NCBI GenBank assembly: GCA_964016885.1
Contig: OZ024743.1
Location: 179,056,001 to 179,120,000 of the forward strand
DNA from: Eledone cirrhosa
Taxonomy: Eukaryota
Direction: 5' to 3'
Length of the DNA stretch: 64,000 bases
The notes under the pieces are model-generated. The model was not told the DNA's origin. It was given only the letters and a program-made list of their open reading frames with translations, and searched no databases. The stretch's first letter is position 1. The number at the start of each line of letters is the position of its first letter. This document shows positions 25,452-39,713 of the stretch, one piece after another. A program made the translations under genes and the position numbers.

Positions 25452-28400
25452 AAATTTCTATTTATTTGCCACCAGGGCATCAAAGATTGGGACAAATACA
25501 AAGGGGGGAGTTTACATACATTTAAAAGGACGTGTAAAAAACATATAACAAATTGAATTTAACAATCGATGTCCTCAATAGGAAGGGGCGTTGACATGGG
25601 TCGCACACACCCCCGAAAAAATGTGCAACCCTCCTCTTCAGAAGCAGAAAGAGCGGGTGCTTCCTTCCTCTTCTCATTCTTCTCCTCTCTCACCTACAGG
25701 CTGATATAGAGAGAAGGCTCATTCACTCGGGCCATTCTCGCTACTTTCACTCACCTTTCATAAAACTTGCTGGGGTAGAGCACCTCTCGCTCCATTCTGA
25801 TCCTTCTTCTAAAGTGGTACTTGAAAAAAAAGACCAGTTGTTGGCCGGAGAGAAAGGTGTCTGACCTCAGCCCTTTCAACCTTGTCCACCATACAAGCTC
25901 TTTCGCCATAGCTATCACACAGAGGAAAACCACCTTTCCTTCGTTTTTGAAAGGGGGAGGCGGTTTGATCGTGACAATGTTCTCGGTGGTCAACCGGATT
26001 GGTCCCACCCGCGACAGTAGTCGTTCTACATAGCCCCACAGGTCAGCAACGCCCGGGCAGTGTACGAATGCGTATGCGACGGTTTTCTCGTCACGCACGC
26101 ATCTCGGACAGATCTTCTTCGAGGGGTCCCTACCCGGGCGCCCGTGTCTGTGGAGCTTGTCCCGAAAGGGTAGAGCTCCTCGGTAACATTGCCAAGCCAG
26201 GGACTTTTGGAAGTTGTCCATCGGTCCCGGGCCAAACGTCCTACCGAACAGACTGACCAGCTCGTCTTCCTCCATGCCCAGAGCCTCTCCGAGAGCGTCG
26301 TCGCACTTACCGCGCACCAAACCTCTCTAGAATGTTGAGGTTGAGTCTCCACTGATTGCCGGATCCGCTTGCCAGAGGGCTGTGAGCGCCTGGGCTCATT
26401 CAATGTGCCAGTCGCCCACTTTTCTCAGTCTTTGCTTGACCCAGGATTGCAGCTCGGTGAGTGAGACGAGTCTCGGAAAGGCTCGCCTCACAAACAGGGC
26501 CCACACCGGCTGACCGGTGAGGAATACATGGAGGTGCCGTAGCCTTAATGCGTGTCTACGCATCGTCAGCCACGGCATACCCAGCCCTCCGTTCGAAGGG
26601 TGTTGACAGCAGATGGATCTTCTCACCAAAGAAGCCCGCTTCTTCCAAAGAAATCGGAAGAGCGCGCGCTCCATTTTGGCGAGTGTTTTCTCTGGGCAAG
26701 GCACGACGGTCAAGCGGTAGTAGATGACGGACGCTATATAAGCGTTCGCCACCTCCGCTCGACCTTTCAGGGATAGTTTGCACTCGGCCCACTTCTGGGT
26801 GAGTGCAAACACCTTGCCCGTTACCTCGTCCCACTTTTTTTCCACCTGGAGGTCCGGTCCGAACCAGACCCCGAGCAGCTTCACCGGTTCCTCCGTCCAG
26901 CGTCCGACGATGCCGTCGGAGGGCATCGTTTTGCCCCTCCACATCCCGAGTTGCAAACCAACGGACTTATCCCGGTTCAGCTTGGCTCCTGTGAACCTTT
27001 CATATTCCTCCAGTAAGGTGCCGATCTGCCCGATTTCCGAGGCGCACGACACCATTACTGTCACGTCATCGGCGTAGGCCGACACCGCTTTCCGCAATCC
27101 CGGTTCCAAGAGGATGCCCTGCAACAGCTCCAGCTTCCGCAGTAGTGGCTCGAGAGCCAGCACATACAGGAGGGTGGAGAGAGGGCATCCCTGTCGGATG
27201 GATCGCGTGATTTGGAACGGCTCCGCGAGGTAGCCGTTCACCTTGACCCTCGATCAGGTGTTGCTGCTGTGCATTGCAGCAATCCAGCCCCTGAAAACGG
27301 GTCCGAAGCCTGCCGCCGCGAGCACCGCATCCAGGTACCGATGGTCAACCCTATCGAACACCTTAGATTGAGCCAAGTTGATCAGGGCCCCACCAAAGCC
27401 GGGTTCGTTCCCTACCGTCTCTACGATGTATCGCATGAGGTGGAGGTTGTCGTGTATGGACCTGGACGGGATTGCGCATGTCTGCGCTTCTCCCACCAGG
27501 TTCCCGACGACAAGCGCCAACCTCTTCGCTAACACCTTGGCCAAAATCTTTAACTCTGTGTTTAGCACAGTTATGGGCCTGAAATTATCTATGTCATCCC
27601 CCTTGTTCTCGTCCTTCCTCACCAGCGTCACTACGCCCTTGGTCACAGAACTGGGAATTCTTCCGTTCTGTTGCCAGTTGCAGTAGACCGCCTCGAGGAG
27701 ACGGGAGAACAAGCCCGGCATCGCTACATAAAGTTCGTATGGTAGACCATCGAGACCCGGAGATTTGCGTTTGCCGCATTGGCTCAGCGCTTCCCCTATT
27801 TCAGCGGCTGAAATCGGCCTCTCGCAGGACTTCGCCTCCCCGTCCGAGAGCCGCGCCAGACCGTCGAAGTATGGACCGAAATCCATGGCCCCACCCGGCC
27901 CGCCGCCCCTCCCGAACAGTCGTGCAAAGCGCCGTTGAAAGGCCGCGCTCATCCACTCAGGTTCAAGGATCACGCGTCCACCCTGGTACTTCAAAGACCG
28001 AATCGTGGACTTGTTTCCACTTTTTGCCTCTGTCACTCGCGCCCAGCTAACAGCTTTGACTTCTTCGTTACCCAGAGCACGTATTTTACTCCTGACAACG
28101 CAGCCCTCGTGCTTCGCATCAAAGAACTGGTCTAGGGCCGTTCTTGACGCCAGCACGCCGGCCACGTTGCCACACCTAATCGCCTCTTCTACTCTATTTG
28201 TTAATTCCCTTTCAGTTCTATTCCTATCTGATGCTAATTCCCGACTAAAACCTATCGATTCTATTCTAATTTCTCTCTTGAGAGAGCCCCACCACCTGTT
28301 GTTGACAATTTCCCGCGTCAAACGCTGCTTAACTAGTGTGCTAATCCGCTTACTGTAAGCTTTGTTTGTCGATAAAGACAAGTTTAGCTTCCAGTAACCG

Positions 28401-31138
28401 GGTCCCTGTCTATGAGTTCTATCAGGGTTGACCACTCCGGTCACCAACTTGTGATCCGAATAGTCAACCATGACCATTTGTGGACAGCTTAATATGTCCC
28501 TATCCTTATTTCTAACTAGGAACCTATCTAGGTACGACCTAGATGTTCCGCTGGTATTAGTCCACGTCCACAATGGCACAGTCGGAAAATCTAGTCGATA
28601 TCTATCGGCCAGATCAAATCGGCCGATTAATTGTTTAAGGCTGTTACACCCCCCTTTATCGGGACATGCCCCTACATAGTCCCAACGTGCATCCAGGATA
28701 CCATTCCAGTCCTCCACTCAAAGCAAGGAGCGAGACGTTCCCAGGAAATTCTCCAGGCGTCGGAAGAAGTCCGGTCGCGGTGTCCCAGATGGGGCATACG
28801 CTGCCACCAGCCTGAAAGCTGCACCTTCACCACTGCCGACGTCTAAAACCACCAGTCAACCCTCCGGGTCCAAGTGTACCTTCTGTGTGGCAAGACCCAG
28901 GTATTTTCGCAGCAGAACGACAACCCCACCACCACTCCTCGGCTGACAGAGAGATGCGTAGATCTCAAAGTCGTTGAAGATGGGGGCCAGTTGGCGCTCG
29001 CTGCTGATGCTGGACTCGCAAATAACCATTACATCCACTCTGCGCGACCTGAGGTCATTTAAGAGTTTTCCCGGTTTCCAGGACATCCTCAGGCCGCGTG
29101 CATTCACACATCCGACTCTTATATTGGCCATGTTGGTGCTGAAGAGTTAAAAAGGAATAGGAAAGGAAATTACTTACCTCTTCGTCTCCTGGGGACCAGG
29201 CTGCACAATTTCCATGAGGGTGTTGGAAGGGTTGTTTGGTGGGGTGGTGATTTGTGGTGGGGTGTGGACATCACTGTGTGGTGGGATTAGGGTGTTTGGT
29301 GCGGTGTGGGTGTCTGAAGTGGGGGTGGGGAAACATCTCAATAGGACGCTGTTAAGTGGTTTGGTGCAGTTGGTTACCACATTAATTGGATGGTTCTTTT
29401 TCAAAGTTACATAGGTTTCCGTTGGGACCCTAAACATCATTCGGTGCGGTTTGTTCGCTGCGTAGGTGTGTTCTTGTTAATGTATGTATAGAGTTTTTGT
29501 TGTGTTGTGTTTGTTTTTGTTTGTTGTTCTGTTGCGTGTTTGCGCTTTGTAGTATGTGTTATGTTTTGGGGAGGGGTGGGGTTTTTTGTTTGTGATGTTT
29601 GTTCTGTTTGTGCTGGTGGTTGTGTGTTTGTAGCATTTTTGTTAATGTGGTGCCTTTTTTTCCCCTTTTCACCTGTTGAAAGGGTTCTCCCTCGTCGTCA
29701 CTGGGTGACGTTGATACGGAGTCCTCTTCCGTGTTGTTGGGAAGGGGTATATTTTGGGGTTTTGTTGTGGTTGCTTTTGTATTTGTTTTAGGTGGGGAGG
29801 GGTTGGGTGGAACAGTGTTTTGTGTTGTTATTTTTCCGTGCTGTTGTGGTTGTTGTTGTTGTTGTTGTGGTGGTGGTGGTGGTGGTGGTGGTGGTGGTGG
29901 TGGTTGTGTTGTTGTGTTCGGGGTTGGCAGAAGAGCCCTTTTTTTTTACTCGTTAATTGAGGACAGGCAGCCCTCAGGTGACCCCTGCTTAAGCAGTGGT
30001 AACATGACGGCCGCCTTCCTTCCACTGAAATGTTTATATAAGTTAGCCCGTCCAGAGGCACGCGTTATGGGATATTCGCTATTCGTTCTGGGCTCATTTT
30101 CACCAGAACTTCTACGCTAGTCCCACCAAATACACCTCCAGAGGACTTTCCTATTGAAATTATCTTGTCTTGATCAAAGTCAATGATTCCACATAATATC
30201 CACCAAATATTTACATTTGGTGTGATACTCATTATTTTTATTCTTTGTGTCCCTTTTCCCCTGTATGTGGGGAAAAAGGTGAAGCGGGGGGACACAATGG
30301 GTGATACCGAGTACTTTTGTGCTGTTGACTGGTTGTTCATTAGCACCGAAATGCTACCAAACAGTTTACCTTTTTGTATGAAGGTTATATCCTTCATTGC
30401 ATCTTTTAGAACCAGCTCAATTTCATTTTGTGATAATTGAGCTGGTTTTCTTGTTTCATTCGATATTGTCCTGAAAACCACAGTTTTCAGGACAGTCTCT
30501 CTACGTAATTCCTGTGGAGAATTGATGCTAAAAGCACCGTTTTCGCCAAAAGTCACGAATTGTTTTGCGTCTTGTAATAGTTGTTTAGCATTTGTTATGT
30601 CTATTGGCGTGTATAGTTCGTTTTTTTTTACAGTCTGTGCGAATGTTGTTTTGGTGTTGTTGTCTTTTTTGTTGCTGCTGTTGTAGTCACTGTTGGTCAT
30701 ATTGTTCATGTTTTCCTTGGTGTTGTTATTGTTGCAGTTGTTGGTTGTGGTGTTATTGTCATTGTTCTTGTTGTTGGTGCTGGTATTATTTACCGGGTTT
30801 GGTTTCGTGGTTTCAATATTTTCAACGTTTTTCGATAATGCGAGGGGGGAAGGCTGCAAGCTTTGTACTCCTACCTTCCCTCCACCACTTTTCTTAGTGG
30901 GCGTGACACTCACGACAGTGTGCGAGGTGGAAATGGCATCCATTGCTTATACCAAGTCTACACAGTTTTGAGATGAAAATGAAAATTTCGCCCCTTTCTG
31001 GGGCGAAAATTAATTGACTCAACGTCTGACGGCCCAGGCAAGGGGTTAAACTAAACAATGCTATTAAATTGAGCAATGCACTCACAGTTTTTTTTACAAT
31101 AATCCGTAAAACTCCGGAGCGAAGTAATTCACGTCTAT
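25452..31138 (-). mobile_element. Tx1 copy E, full length, third family, frameshifted
   Basis: ORF1 30943-29174 (CYHCLSRGHLRAAC); ORF2 29131-~25694 (CVNARGL, SDH, YADD, CPRC..HC); AATAAA near 3' end. Confidence 0.9.
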
Positions 31139-32443
31139 ATCAAGTGGTAATTGATATAGAGAGGGGGATTGGAAGAGAGTTCCGTGCAGTGGATATAGAG
31201 AGAGTTGGAAGAAAGTGCAGTATAGTAGAGAATTTTGGTGTGATTTATATACAGAGGGGGATTGAGAAAGATAAGTGTAGATATACATAGTGAGTGAGAG
31301 AGTGTATTAGTCTTAAATATAGAGAGTAGGATAAGAGAGGTGGTGTCATGGTAGATATAGAGAGGGGGTAGAGTCTGGTTTTAGCCGATACTGAGAGGGG
31401 GATTAAAATAGAGTTTTATGTGAAAGACGTTGTGAGGAGGAGCGTTAGGTGGGACTCTCGGGTCCCAAATAATAGGATGGGAGGCAATAATGGGGGTAGG
31501 ATTTGAGAAATCAGTAATTATATTGTGTACGTTCTTAAATATGAAATTTCTTGTAATGCTCATCTTTTGTCATATAATATTTTTTTAAAATATAAAATAA
31601 AATAATTATTAGATTCTCCAGCTGGTCTATCAATATGAATAACTTACAATAAAATTTTGCCGGAGGTAGATTAGCAAAATTTAATAATTGTGTGGGTGGG
31701 TGTGTTGTAGAATAAAAACCGGGGAGGGGGGATCTGACAAATTAATTAACCGGGGGTGTGGACGATTATTCAAAACCTAATAGTACGGGAATTATTGACG
31801 GACGTAAGAATTAAAACTCAATACCGAAATAGAGTTTAAATATTCATTTAATATGACTAAGCCTTATTACACTGGAGTCTCGTCTGCGTACTCACCAGAC
31901 AAGACTGGTGATCTTGTGAAAGCGCTTGTAAAACTTTAGAATAACAAAGCTCACAAATAGACATAATAAATAAACGTACACACACACACATATATATATA
32001 TAAATATATATTTTTTTGTATCTATATATACGAGATGAATAAATTGGGTATAATAACATTTTCTTACCAAATGCGAAGAAGCTCGATATATTAACCCCTT
32101 AGGAAAGGGCACAGAGCATAATGTTTTAATTATATATATATACAGTGGAGGTGAAACTTGGGTTTGCCCCTCCTACAATAATTAGATTTTCTCCCTAAAC
32201 TACCAAAACACACATCTATTTGAATATGCGCTGCAATTTATATTCATTTTATGTTTATCGCATATCGAAGTTTTCTGACAATTTTAGAGTGCAAAGATCT
32301 AAACTATTTACTACAACTAAATTTCCCAAAGTTCCCATACCACCCCAATTCAGAATGCTTCCACCACCCGTGTCTTTGTTTTCTTAAAAAGTACACAAAA
32401 ATACGTGTATTAAAAACGTGTACACAAACATACACACTTGCAT

Positions 32444-32501
32444 ATATAGTACCACTGATGATGTCACAGATGTGTGACGAAAGAACTTTGATAGACTATA
32501 T
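32444..32501 (+). ncRNA. Degenerate type-I hammerhead ribozyme in solo pLTR fragment (~32380-32676) of the Penelope-like family at 45.5 kb
   Basis: CTGATGA-t-GTCACA/TGTGAC-GAAAGAACTT; downstream ATGACCCTCCCCAAATATAACAATA resembles the PLE 3' end. Confidence 0.6.
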
Positions 32502-32881
32502 TTATATGTTTATATCTGTATTTTTAACCGTTGGTCAATCAATGGTAAACATCGATTGCCAGATAAATTAACTATGGAGATATTAAAGATACAGAAGCAA
32601 ACCAAACAGTGATTGTGTTCTGTTCTTATTTCTGGCAATACTATAAGAATATGACCCTCCCCAAATATAACAATACACACACACACACACACACACATAT
32701 ATATTCATTTTGTTTAGGCTGAATAGTAAGTCTTATTACTTTGGGGTTTCGCCTGTGTAACATAGAGTTCTTGTCTGATGATTTTGTGATAAACAGGCGA
32801 ACCTCCAGAAGGACAAGACTACTCCGATATTGCGAACTCCTTTCTCTCATCTGTCAATAAACTACGGATATATATATATAT

Positions 32882-33034
32882 ATTAAAATAACAAATTAAA
32901 GTTAAAGCAAAGAATCGCTGCTTTCAGCCTTAACGGGATCTTCTGAAATTTTTGCTCTACGGTTCTTATATATTTGATATATATTTATCCTTATCGAGTC
33001 CTCTTTGGATTTTAGTGTTCAAATTTATTATTAT

Positions 33035-33038
<4 letters not shown>
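32882..33038. repeat. Short (TA)n-embedded dispersed element; other copies 42174-42420 (interrupted) and 53647-53696
   Basis: Shared ATTAAAATAACA..AAGAATCGCTGCTTTCA.CCTTAACGGGATCTTCTGA sequence. Confidence 0.7.
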
Positions 33039-33082
<44 letters not shown>

Positions 33083-33101
33083 TTGCACATATATATATGT
33101 A

Positions 33102-33194
<93 letters not shown>

Positions 33195-33226
33195 GCGTAT
33201 GTCAAAACAATTACCTCTATCATATA

Positions 33227-33276
<50 letters not shown>

Positions 33277-34162
33277 CGCGTATGTCAAAAACATTTACCT
33301 CTATCATATATATATATATATATATATATATTTGTGTGTGTGTGTGTGACTTCTTGACATACGCGGATATTTTTTCTCAAAGATATTCCATTTCGCCAAA
33401 AATTTATGTATGCTTTTAATTACTGCGTCGATACAAAAATCCAGGTAAATGTGTTAAGCTAGTTAATTTCTTTCTAAGCTCAGAATGTATATATGGCTTT
33501 AATCCTATATACTATAGCACAGTTTAATGAACGTTTCTATTTACCATACTCTTCACATTTCAAGCGTTGATAATAATTCCTTTGTATCTCCTGTATTCAA
33601 TATATATATATATCAGAATGGAAGAAGTAAAAAGCAGTTAGACAATAGCTCAACAGAATACTCGAACTTGGGGTAGTAGAGTGGGCAATATGCAAAATTT
33701 GGATCTAGCTGTTGAAACGGCAGGAACTCAGCCGTCGGGCCCCGAATTTTTTTATATATACATATATATATTTTTTTCCATGTACTGTGCTGTTTGTTTT
33801 GTTATTACTTTTACATACATACATGCATACATACATACATGCATACATACACACACACACACATATATATATATATGTTTCAACATATATTCGCTATACA
33901 CGCCAGGCTTGAGTCTTGTAACACTGAAGTTTCCCTTGCGTGTTCAGAGGTAAACAGAATAAATTTACTCGTTTTGAGTACTCATCTCGCAGAGGCCAAT
34001 TCAAATAATACACACATACACCTGTGCATGTATGTATGTATGTATGTACGTATGTATGATTGTATGTGTATATCTATAAAGAGAGAGAGAGATGGAGAGC
34101 GAGAGAGAGAGAGAGAGAGTAAGAGAGAAAGAGAGAGAAAGAGAGTGATGGAGAGAGAGAGA

Positions 34163-34207
<45 letters not shown>

Positions 34208-34549
34208 ATAGATGAAAATACAAGAGTACGCATCACTTTAGTAGCGCTTTTATTTTTTGTATAAAATGTTTGAATGAAATTACATTAAAGATTTAAGGTA
34301 GTGAGTACTGCTGATCGTTCAGATGCGTGTACCAGAATTAAAAGACTTCGAAAGCTTCTAAATCCTTTTATTTATCATACTGATATTGTTGGACAAGTCT
34401 TTATCTGTTTGCTGCTCGATAATTTGATTGTAGCTGAGTGCTACTAAATAGGACCTTCTAAACAATGAAAATAATCTCTCATGAGCTTGTTAGAATTTTC
34501 TAGTGTTATCATTATGGTTGATTGTCAGTATCGTTTGGACGGCAGACAT

Positions 34550-34730
34550 TCTTGGCGGAATAGAGTTGTGGCCCTTTACCTTCTGAACTCAAATCCCACC
34601 GACGTCCATTTTAAATTCATCCTTACAGTGTCGGTAAAATAAAGCACTAATAACGCACTGGGGTCGATTTAATCTACTTTCCCCTCCTCAAAATTGTTGG
34701 CCTTATGCTTAAATCAGAAACCATTATTAA
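34550..34730 (+). mobile_element. Decayed SINE of the Meta/MESC-like family (more fragments ~58480-58720, 60405-60660)
   Basis: CAAATCCC..TTCATCCTTACAGTGTCGGTAAAATAAAGCAC. Confidence 0.6.
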
Positions 34731-35712
34731 GACGTCTAGAAAAGGTAAGAATTTGTGGCGTTTATTATATCCCATCCAAGCTCACACGAGATGTTACTTC
34801 AGGTAATATGATGTGTTGCTGTTGGCAGCAGAAGTACTAACATAAGTATTTCTTTCGTCGAATATCAAAGAAAATTCTGAATAGTCTGCTGTATAGTCTG
34901 TATATTCTGTGGAGGGACATTTCATTGTATAATTGACATTATACTGATTTCTCCACGCTTCAGTTATTCTAACCAGCATAAATCTTTTAAATTAGATGTG
35001 AATTCTGTTCACATGATATCCATGGGAAATTGTAATAGGTCATTATGATCTAAACTAGCTACATAAAATCACTAAAACTCGGTAAGAAAAGCTAATGAAG
35101 CACTTATCAATTATAAAGCAATCATTTCTATCTACTCACAATACGTGAGTACATTTTAATAGCTTAGATCGTCGGTTCTTTATAAGTGACCATAATCGAT
35201 CAGAAACCAAGGAATACGAGCCTGCACCCCCATCAGAAGACAAATGATCGATCCTCCTTTCGTATCAGCAATGACCAATCATTTGATCTGCCAAATAAAT
35301 ATCTTCGACCTTATATTAAGGTCTAAGTGGCTTCGTGTTACAAAAACAAATAATTTTCAGTTCAAATTATCGTGATAGTGTGTGAAAGGACATGCCATTT
35401 GAAATACTTAGTACGACCAAAGACTGTGATAAAGAAACTTGTCTATCATTCTACGTGATTGAATTGAATCCGAGTTTTCGTGATTATGTAACGACCTTCT
35501 TAATGCATGGGTGCTCGTTTGAGAAGGCGAGGACATCTTGAAGTAGATCAGTAACAAAGTATCAGGATTAATGATACAATATATTGTAAAAGATGTATCA
35601 CCTATAAACAACATCTTTGAATCCATGAAGGTTAGGACAACAATGAACAACAGAACCTCTGAGCTGTTTACCAGATTACCCCCATTCACAGTTTTGTCTT
35701 ATTTTGTCTTCT

Positions 35713-35993
<281 letters not shown>

Positions 35994-36014
35994 CATATAT
36001 ATATATATACGTAT

Positions 36015-36098
<84 letters not shown>

Positions 36099-36548
36099 GG
36101 AGATAAGTAAGTGGTGGTGGTGGTGGTGGTGTTGGTGGTAATAATATTGTTATTGGCGTTTTGCCAAATGTCAGGGCTGACCGAAAATCATTTCCACTTC
36201 GATAATCCCACCTTATTTTGTCAGTCAACCATTGACAAACATGCAACATACACACAAACATACACACACATACACACATATATATACGTTTTGTTACTGC
36301 TCCAGCTTGGACCCCTAAAGGGCCAAAGTAAGGGTAGAACACAGCCTTCGTGGTATCGACTGACTGCCATCGCTGAATGTTGTTTGTGAAAGATTTAGCT
36401 GCTGTTTCTAGGTACACGAGCTTCCACACGGTGATTCACTCATTGGCCCTTTGTAAATAGGTTTTATGATTAACTGTTATATACTTATTTGATCAATTAA
36501 ATCTCCATATAGAGCTAGTAAGCCATGAGAATCTAGTGGATGTATCTA

Positions 36549-36637
<89 letters not shown>

Positions 36638-36799
36638 ATATATATATATAGATTTCGAGTATATGTTGGTTGTATACCAACACCTCAGTATGCAGGCTGG
36701 AGCACTCGACGGAGTGCGCAGGTTGGTTTGGTTACTCCAGAGTAATGTAAAATAAAGTTAAATAAAAAGTCAAATGTTTAAAATTTAGCTTCGTTTATT

Positions 36800-36854
36800 A
36801 CTGCTATATATATTTCAGTGACAGCCATCTTTGGCTGTGACCTCTTCAGGCAGT
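36800..36854 (-). ncRNA. Type-I hammerhead ribozyme, intact core
   Basis: ACUGC-CUGAAGA-[GGUCACAGCCA aaga UGGCUGUCACU]-GAAA-U-AUAU-A-UA|GCAGU. Confidence 0.85.
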
Positions 36855-37000
36855 TTGAATTAGTATGGTATAGAAAATTACATATGTTGTTGAGGTGTAT
36901 AATATTGTCAATACTCTGATATGCCCAGTTCCTGGTTGGGTTGTTATTTCACTGAGGAACTGGAGTCATATGACTCCAGTTCTATACCATACTAATTCAA

Positions 37001-37055
37001 ACTGCCTGAAGAGGTCACAGTCAAAGATGGCTGTCACTGAAATATATATAGCAGT
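37001..37055 (+). ncRNA. Type-I hammerhead ribozyme, intact core (inverted twin)
   Basis: ACTGC CTGAAGA ggtcacagtca-aaga-tggctgtcact GAAA T ATAT A TA GCAGT; stem I ACTGC/GCAGT. Confidence 0.85.
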
Positions 37056-37096
37056 AATAAACGAAGCTAAATTTTAAACATTTGACTTTTTATTTA

Positions 37097-37168
<72 letters not shown>

Positions 37169-37633
37169 TTCTTTTCAACTTAAGTTCGGAATGGAACAAA
37201 CCTTGACAATTGGAACCTCTGTACATCCACTAGATTCTCATGGCTTACTAGCTCTATATGGAGATTTAAATTGATCAAATAAGTATATAACAGATAATCA
37301 TAAAACCTATTTACAAAGGGCCAATGAGTGAATCACCGTGTGGAAGCTCGTGTACCTAGAAACAAGAGCTAAATCTTTCACAAACAACATTCAGCGATGG
37401 CAGTCAGTCGATACCACGAAGGCTGTGTTCTACCCTTACTTTGGCCCTTAAGGGGTCCAAGCTGGAGCAGTAACAAAACGTATATATGTGTGTATGTGTG
37501 TGTATGTTTGTGTGTATGTTGCATGTTTGTCAATGGTTGACTGAAAAAATAAGGTGGGATTATCGAAGTGGAAATGATTTTCGGTCAACCCTGACATTTG
37601 GCAAAACACCAATAATAATATTATTACCACCAA

Positions 37634-37698
<65 letters not shown>

Positions 37699-38160
37699 TG
37701 CCGTTCGGCTGATTACGACTCCTCAAAAATCAATTAAACATAATGAGAAGTGAAAGTGTATAATGTAATGTGGTGGGTGAGGATTAGATTGGTTTAGTGG
37801 GGTATACTGTTATATCGATTGATTACCATAGCTAACTGGATAACTTCTTCAATAGATAGCTGCTAACATAGGTGAACTATGAAAGCATTGGGAATAGTTT
37901 CTACTGACTACCTGTCTCATTAAATTCCCTTAGTGTGTATCCCGACTGTGCAAGTATACGGAAGTGCCTGAAGAAAATACATTGATGATTTGCATTGAAT
38001 AGCTGGTGATGAACATAAGGATGTCAGAAGGTTGACAGAGAGTAAGAGGGGGGAGGGAATATAGAAGTTATAGGAAAATGGGAGTAGGGGTCGAAGATAT
38101 ACATATACAAACATACACACACACATATGTATATATATATATTTATATATATATAAATAC

Positions 38161-38240
<80 letters not shown>

Positions 38241-38532
38241 GAAACAAAATGAAAACGAAATTTCATTTCTCACTCTTAGTATGGCACTTACTTAAATGTA
38301 AGTATGCATGTATACGTACATACATATATGTATACAGACGTACAGTAGCATGCACATATATATATATATATATACATATGCATACAGGTACACATACATA
38401 TATGCACGTATCAGTTTAGCGGCGCTTATTATAACGTCGCTTTGTTCGTTTGTAAACAAACTGAACAGCCTGAATTTATGCCATACGGTGTTAAGGCAAC
38501 CACGTCACCTTTTTGTTCAACACTGACACAGG

Positions 38533-38577
38533 AACGATGTACTAGTTTCAAGCTTGTTAGCTATCATCAGCACCGTT
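38533..38577 (-). ncRNA. Minimal type-I hammerhead ribozyme (monomer 1)
   Basis: AACGGUG-CUGAUGA-uAGCU aaca AGCUu-GAAA-C-UA-G-UA|CAUCGUU; palindromic stem III ACUAGU, GUA site. Confidence 0.88.
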
Positions 38578-38992
38578 TACCCATCTGCCAGATAGTTGAA
38601 CGTTCGAAAGTATATACTTTCCTTATGAAAATTAACGGCTGAGCAGCCTAATTTGCATATTGAGTGAGTTAAATCGGTCAGGCATACCGAAAACGATAAA
38701 TTGAAACAAAATGAAAACGAAATTTCATTTCTCACTCTTAGTATGGCACTTACTTAAATGTAAGTATGCATGTATACGTACATACATATATGTATACAGA
38801 CGTACAGTAGCATGCACATATATATATATATATACATATGCATACAGGTACACATACATATATGCACGTATCAGTTTAGCGGCGCTTATTATAACGTCGC
38901 TTTGTTCGTTTGTAAACAAACTGAACAGCCTGAATTTATGCCATACGGTGTTAAGGCAACCACGTCACCTTTTTGTTCAACACTGACACAGG

Positions 38993-39037
38993 AACGATGT
39001 ACTAGTTTCAAGCTTGTTAGCTATCATCAGCACCGTT
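38993..39037 (-). ncRNA. Minimal type-I hammerhead ribozyme (monomer 2)
   Basis: Identical to monomer 1. Confidence 0.88.
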
Positions 39038-39454
39038 TACCCATCTGCCAGATAGTTGAACGTTCGAAAGTATATACTTTCCTTATGAAAATTAACGGCT
39101 GAGCAGCCTAATTTGCATATTGAGTGAGTTAAATCGGTCAGGCATACCGATAACGATACATTGAAACAAAATGAAAACGAAATTTCATTTCTCACTCTTA
39201 GTATGGCACTTACTTAAATGTAAGTATGCATGTATACGTACATACATATATGTATACAGACGTACAGTAGCATGCACATATATATATATATATATACATA
39301 TGCATACAGGTACACATACATATATGCACGTATCAGTTTAGCGGCGCTTATTATAACGTCGCTTTGTTCGTTTGTAAACAAACTGAACAGCCTGAATTTA
39401 TGCCATACGGTGTTAAGGCAACCACGTCACCTTTTTGTTCAACACTGACACAGG

Positions 39455-39499
39455 AACGATGTACTAGTTTCAAGCTTGTTAGCTATCATCAGCACCGTT
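39455..39499 (-). ncRNA. Minimal type-I hammerhead ribozyme (monomer 3)
   Basis: Identical to monomer 1. Confidence 0.88.
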
Positions 39500-39713
39500 T
39501 ACTCATCTGCCAGATAGTTGAACGTTCGAAAGTATATACTTTCCTTATGAAAGTTTGTTTACAAACGAACAAAGCGACGTTATAATAAGCGCCGCTAAAC
39601 TGATACGTGCATATATGTATGTGTACCTGCATGCATATGTATATATATATATATATATGTGCATGCTACTGTACGTCTGTATACATATATGTATGTACGT
39701 ATACATGCATACT

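Larger units (their letters stand above)
36111..37641. repeat. Nested inverted repeats: outer arms 36111-36544/37222-37641, inner arms 36752-36875/36980-37103
   Basis: Reverse-complement identity read directly; ORF track shows mirrored peptides. Confidence 0.9.

Noticed and set aside
34750-35700. Possible host exon(s) or decayed gene in complex-looking sequence
   Set aside because: Short ORFs without recognisable domain; splice signals unconvincing; needs blastx or RNA-seq
37536-37590. Hairpin GGTTGACTGAAAA..TTTTCGGTCAACC as SECIS or hammerhead
   Set aside because: Lacks AUGA/GA quartet geometry and the CUGANGA core
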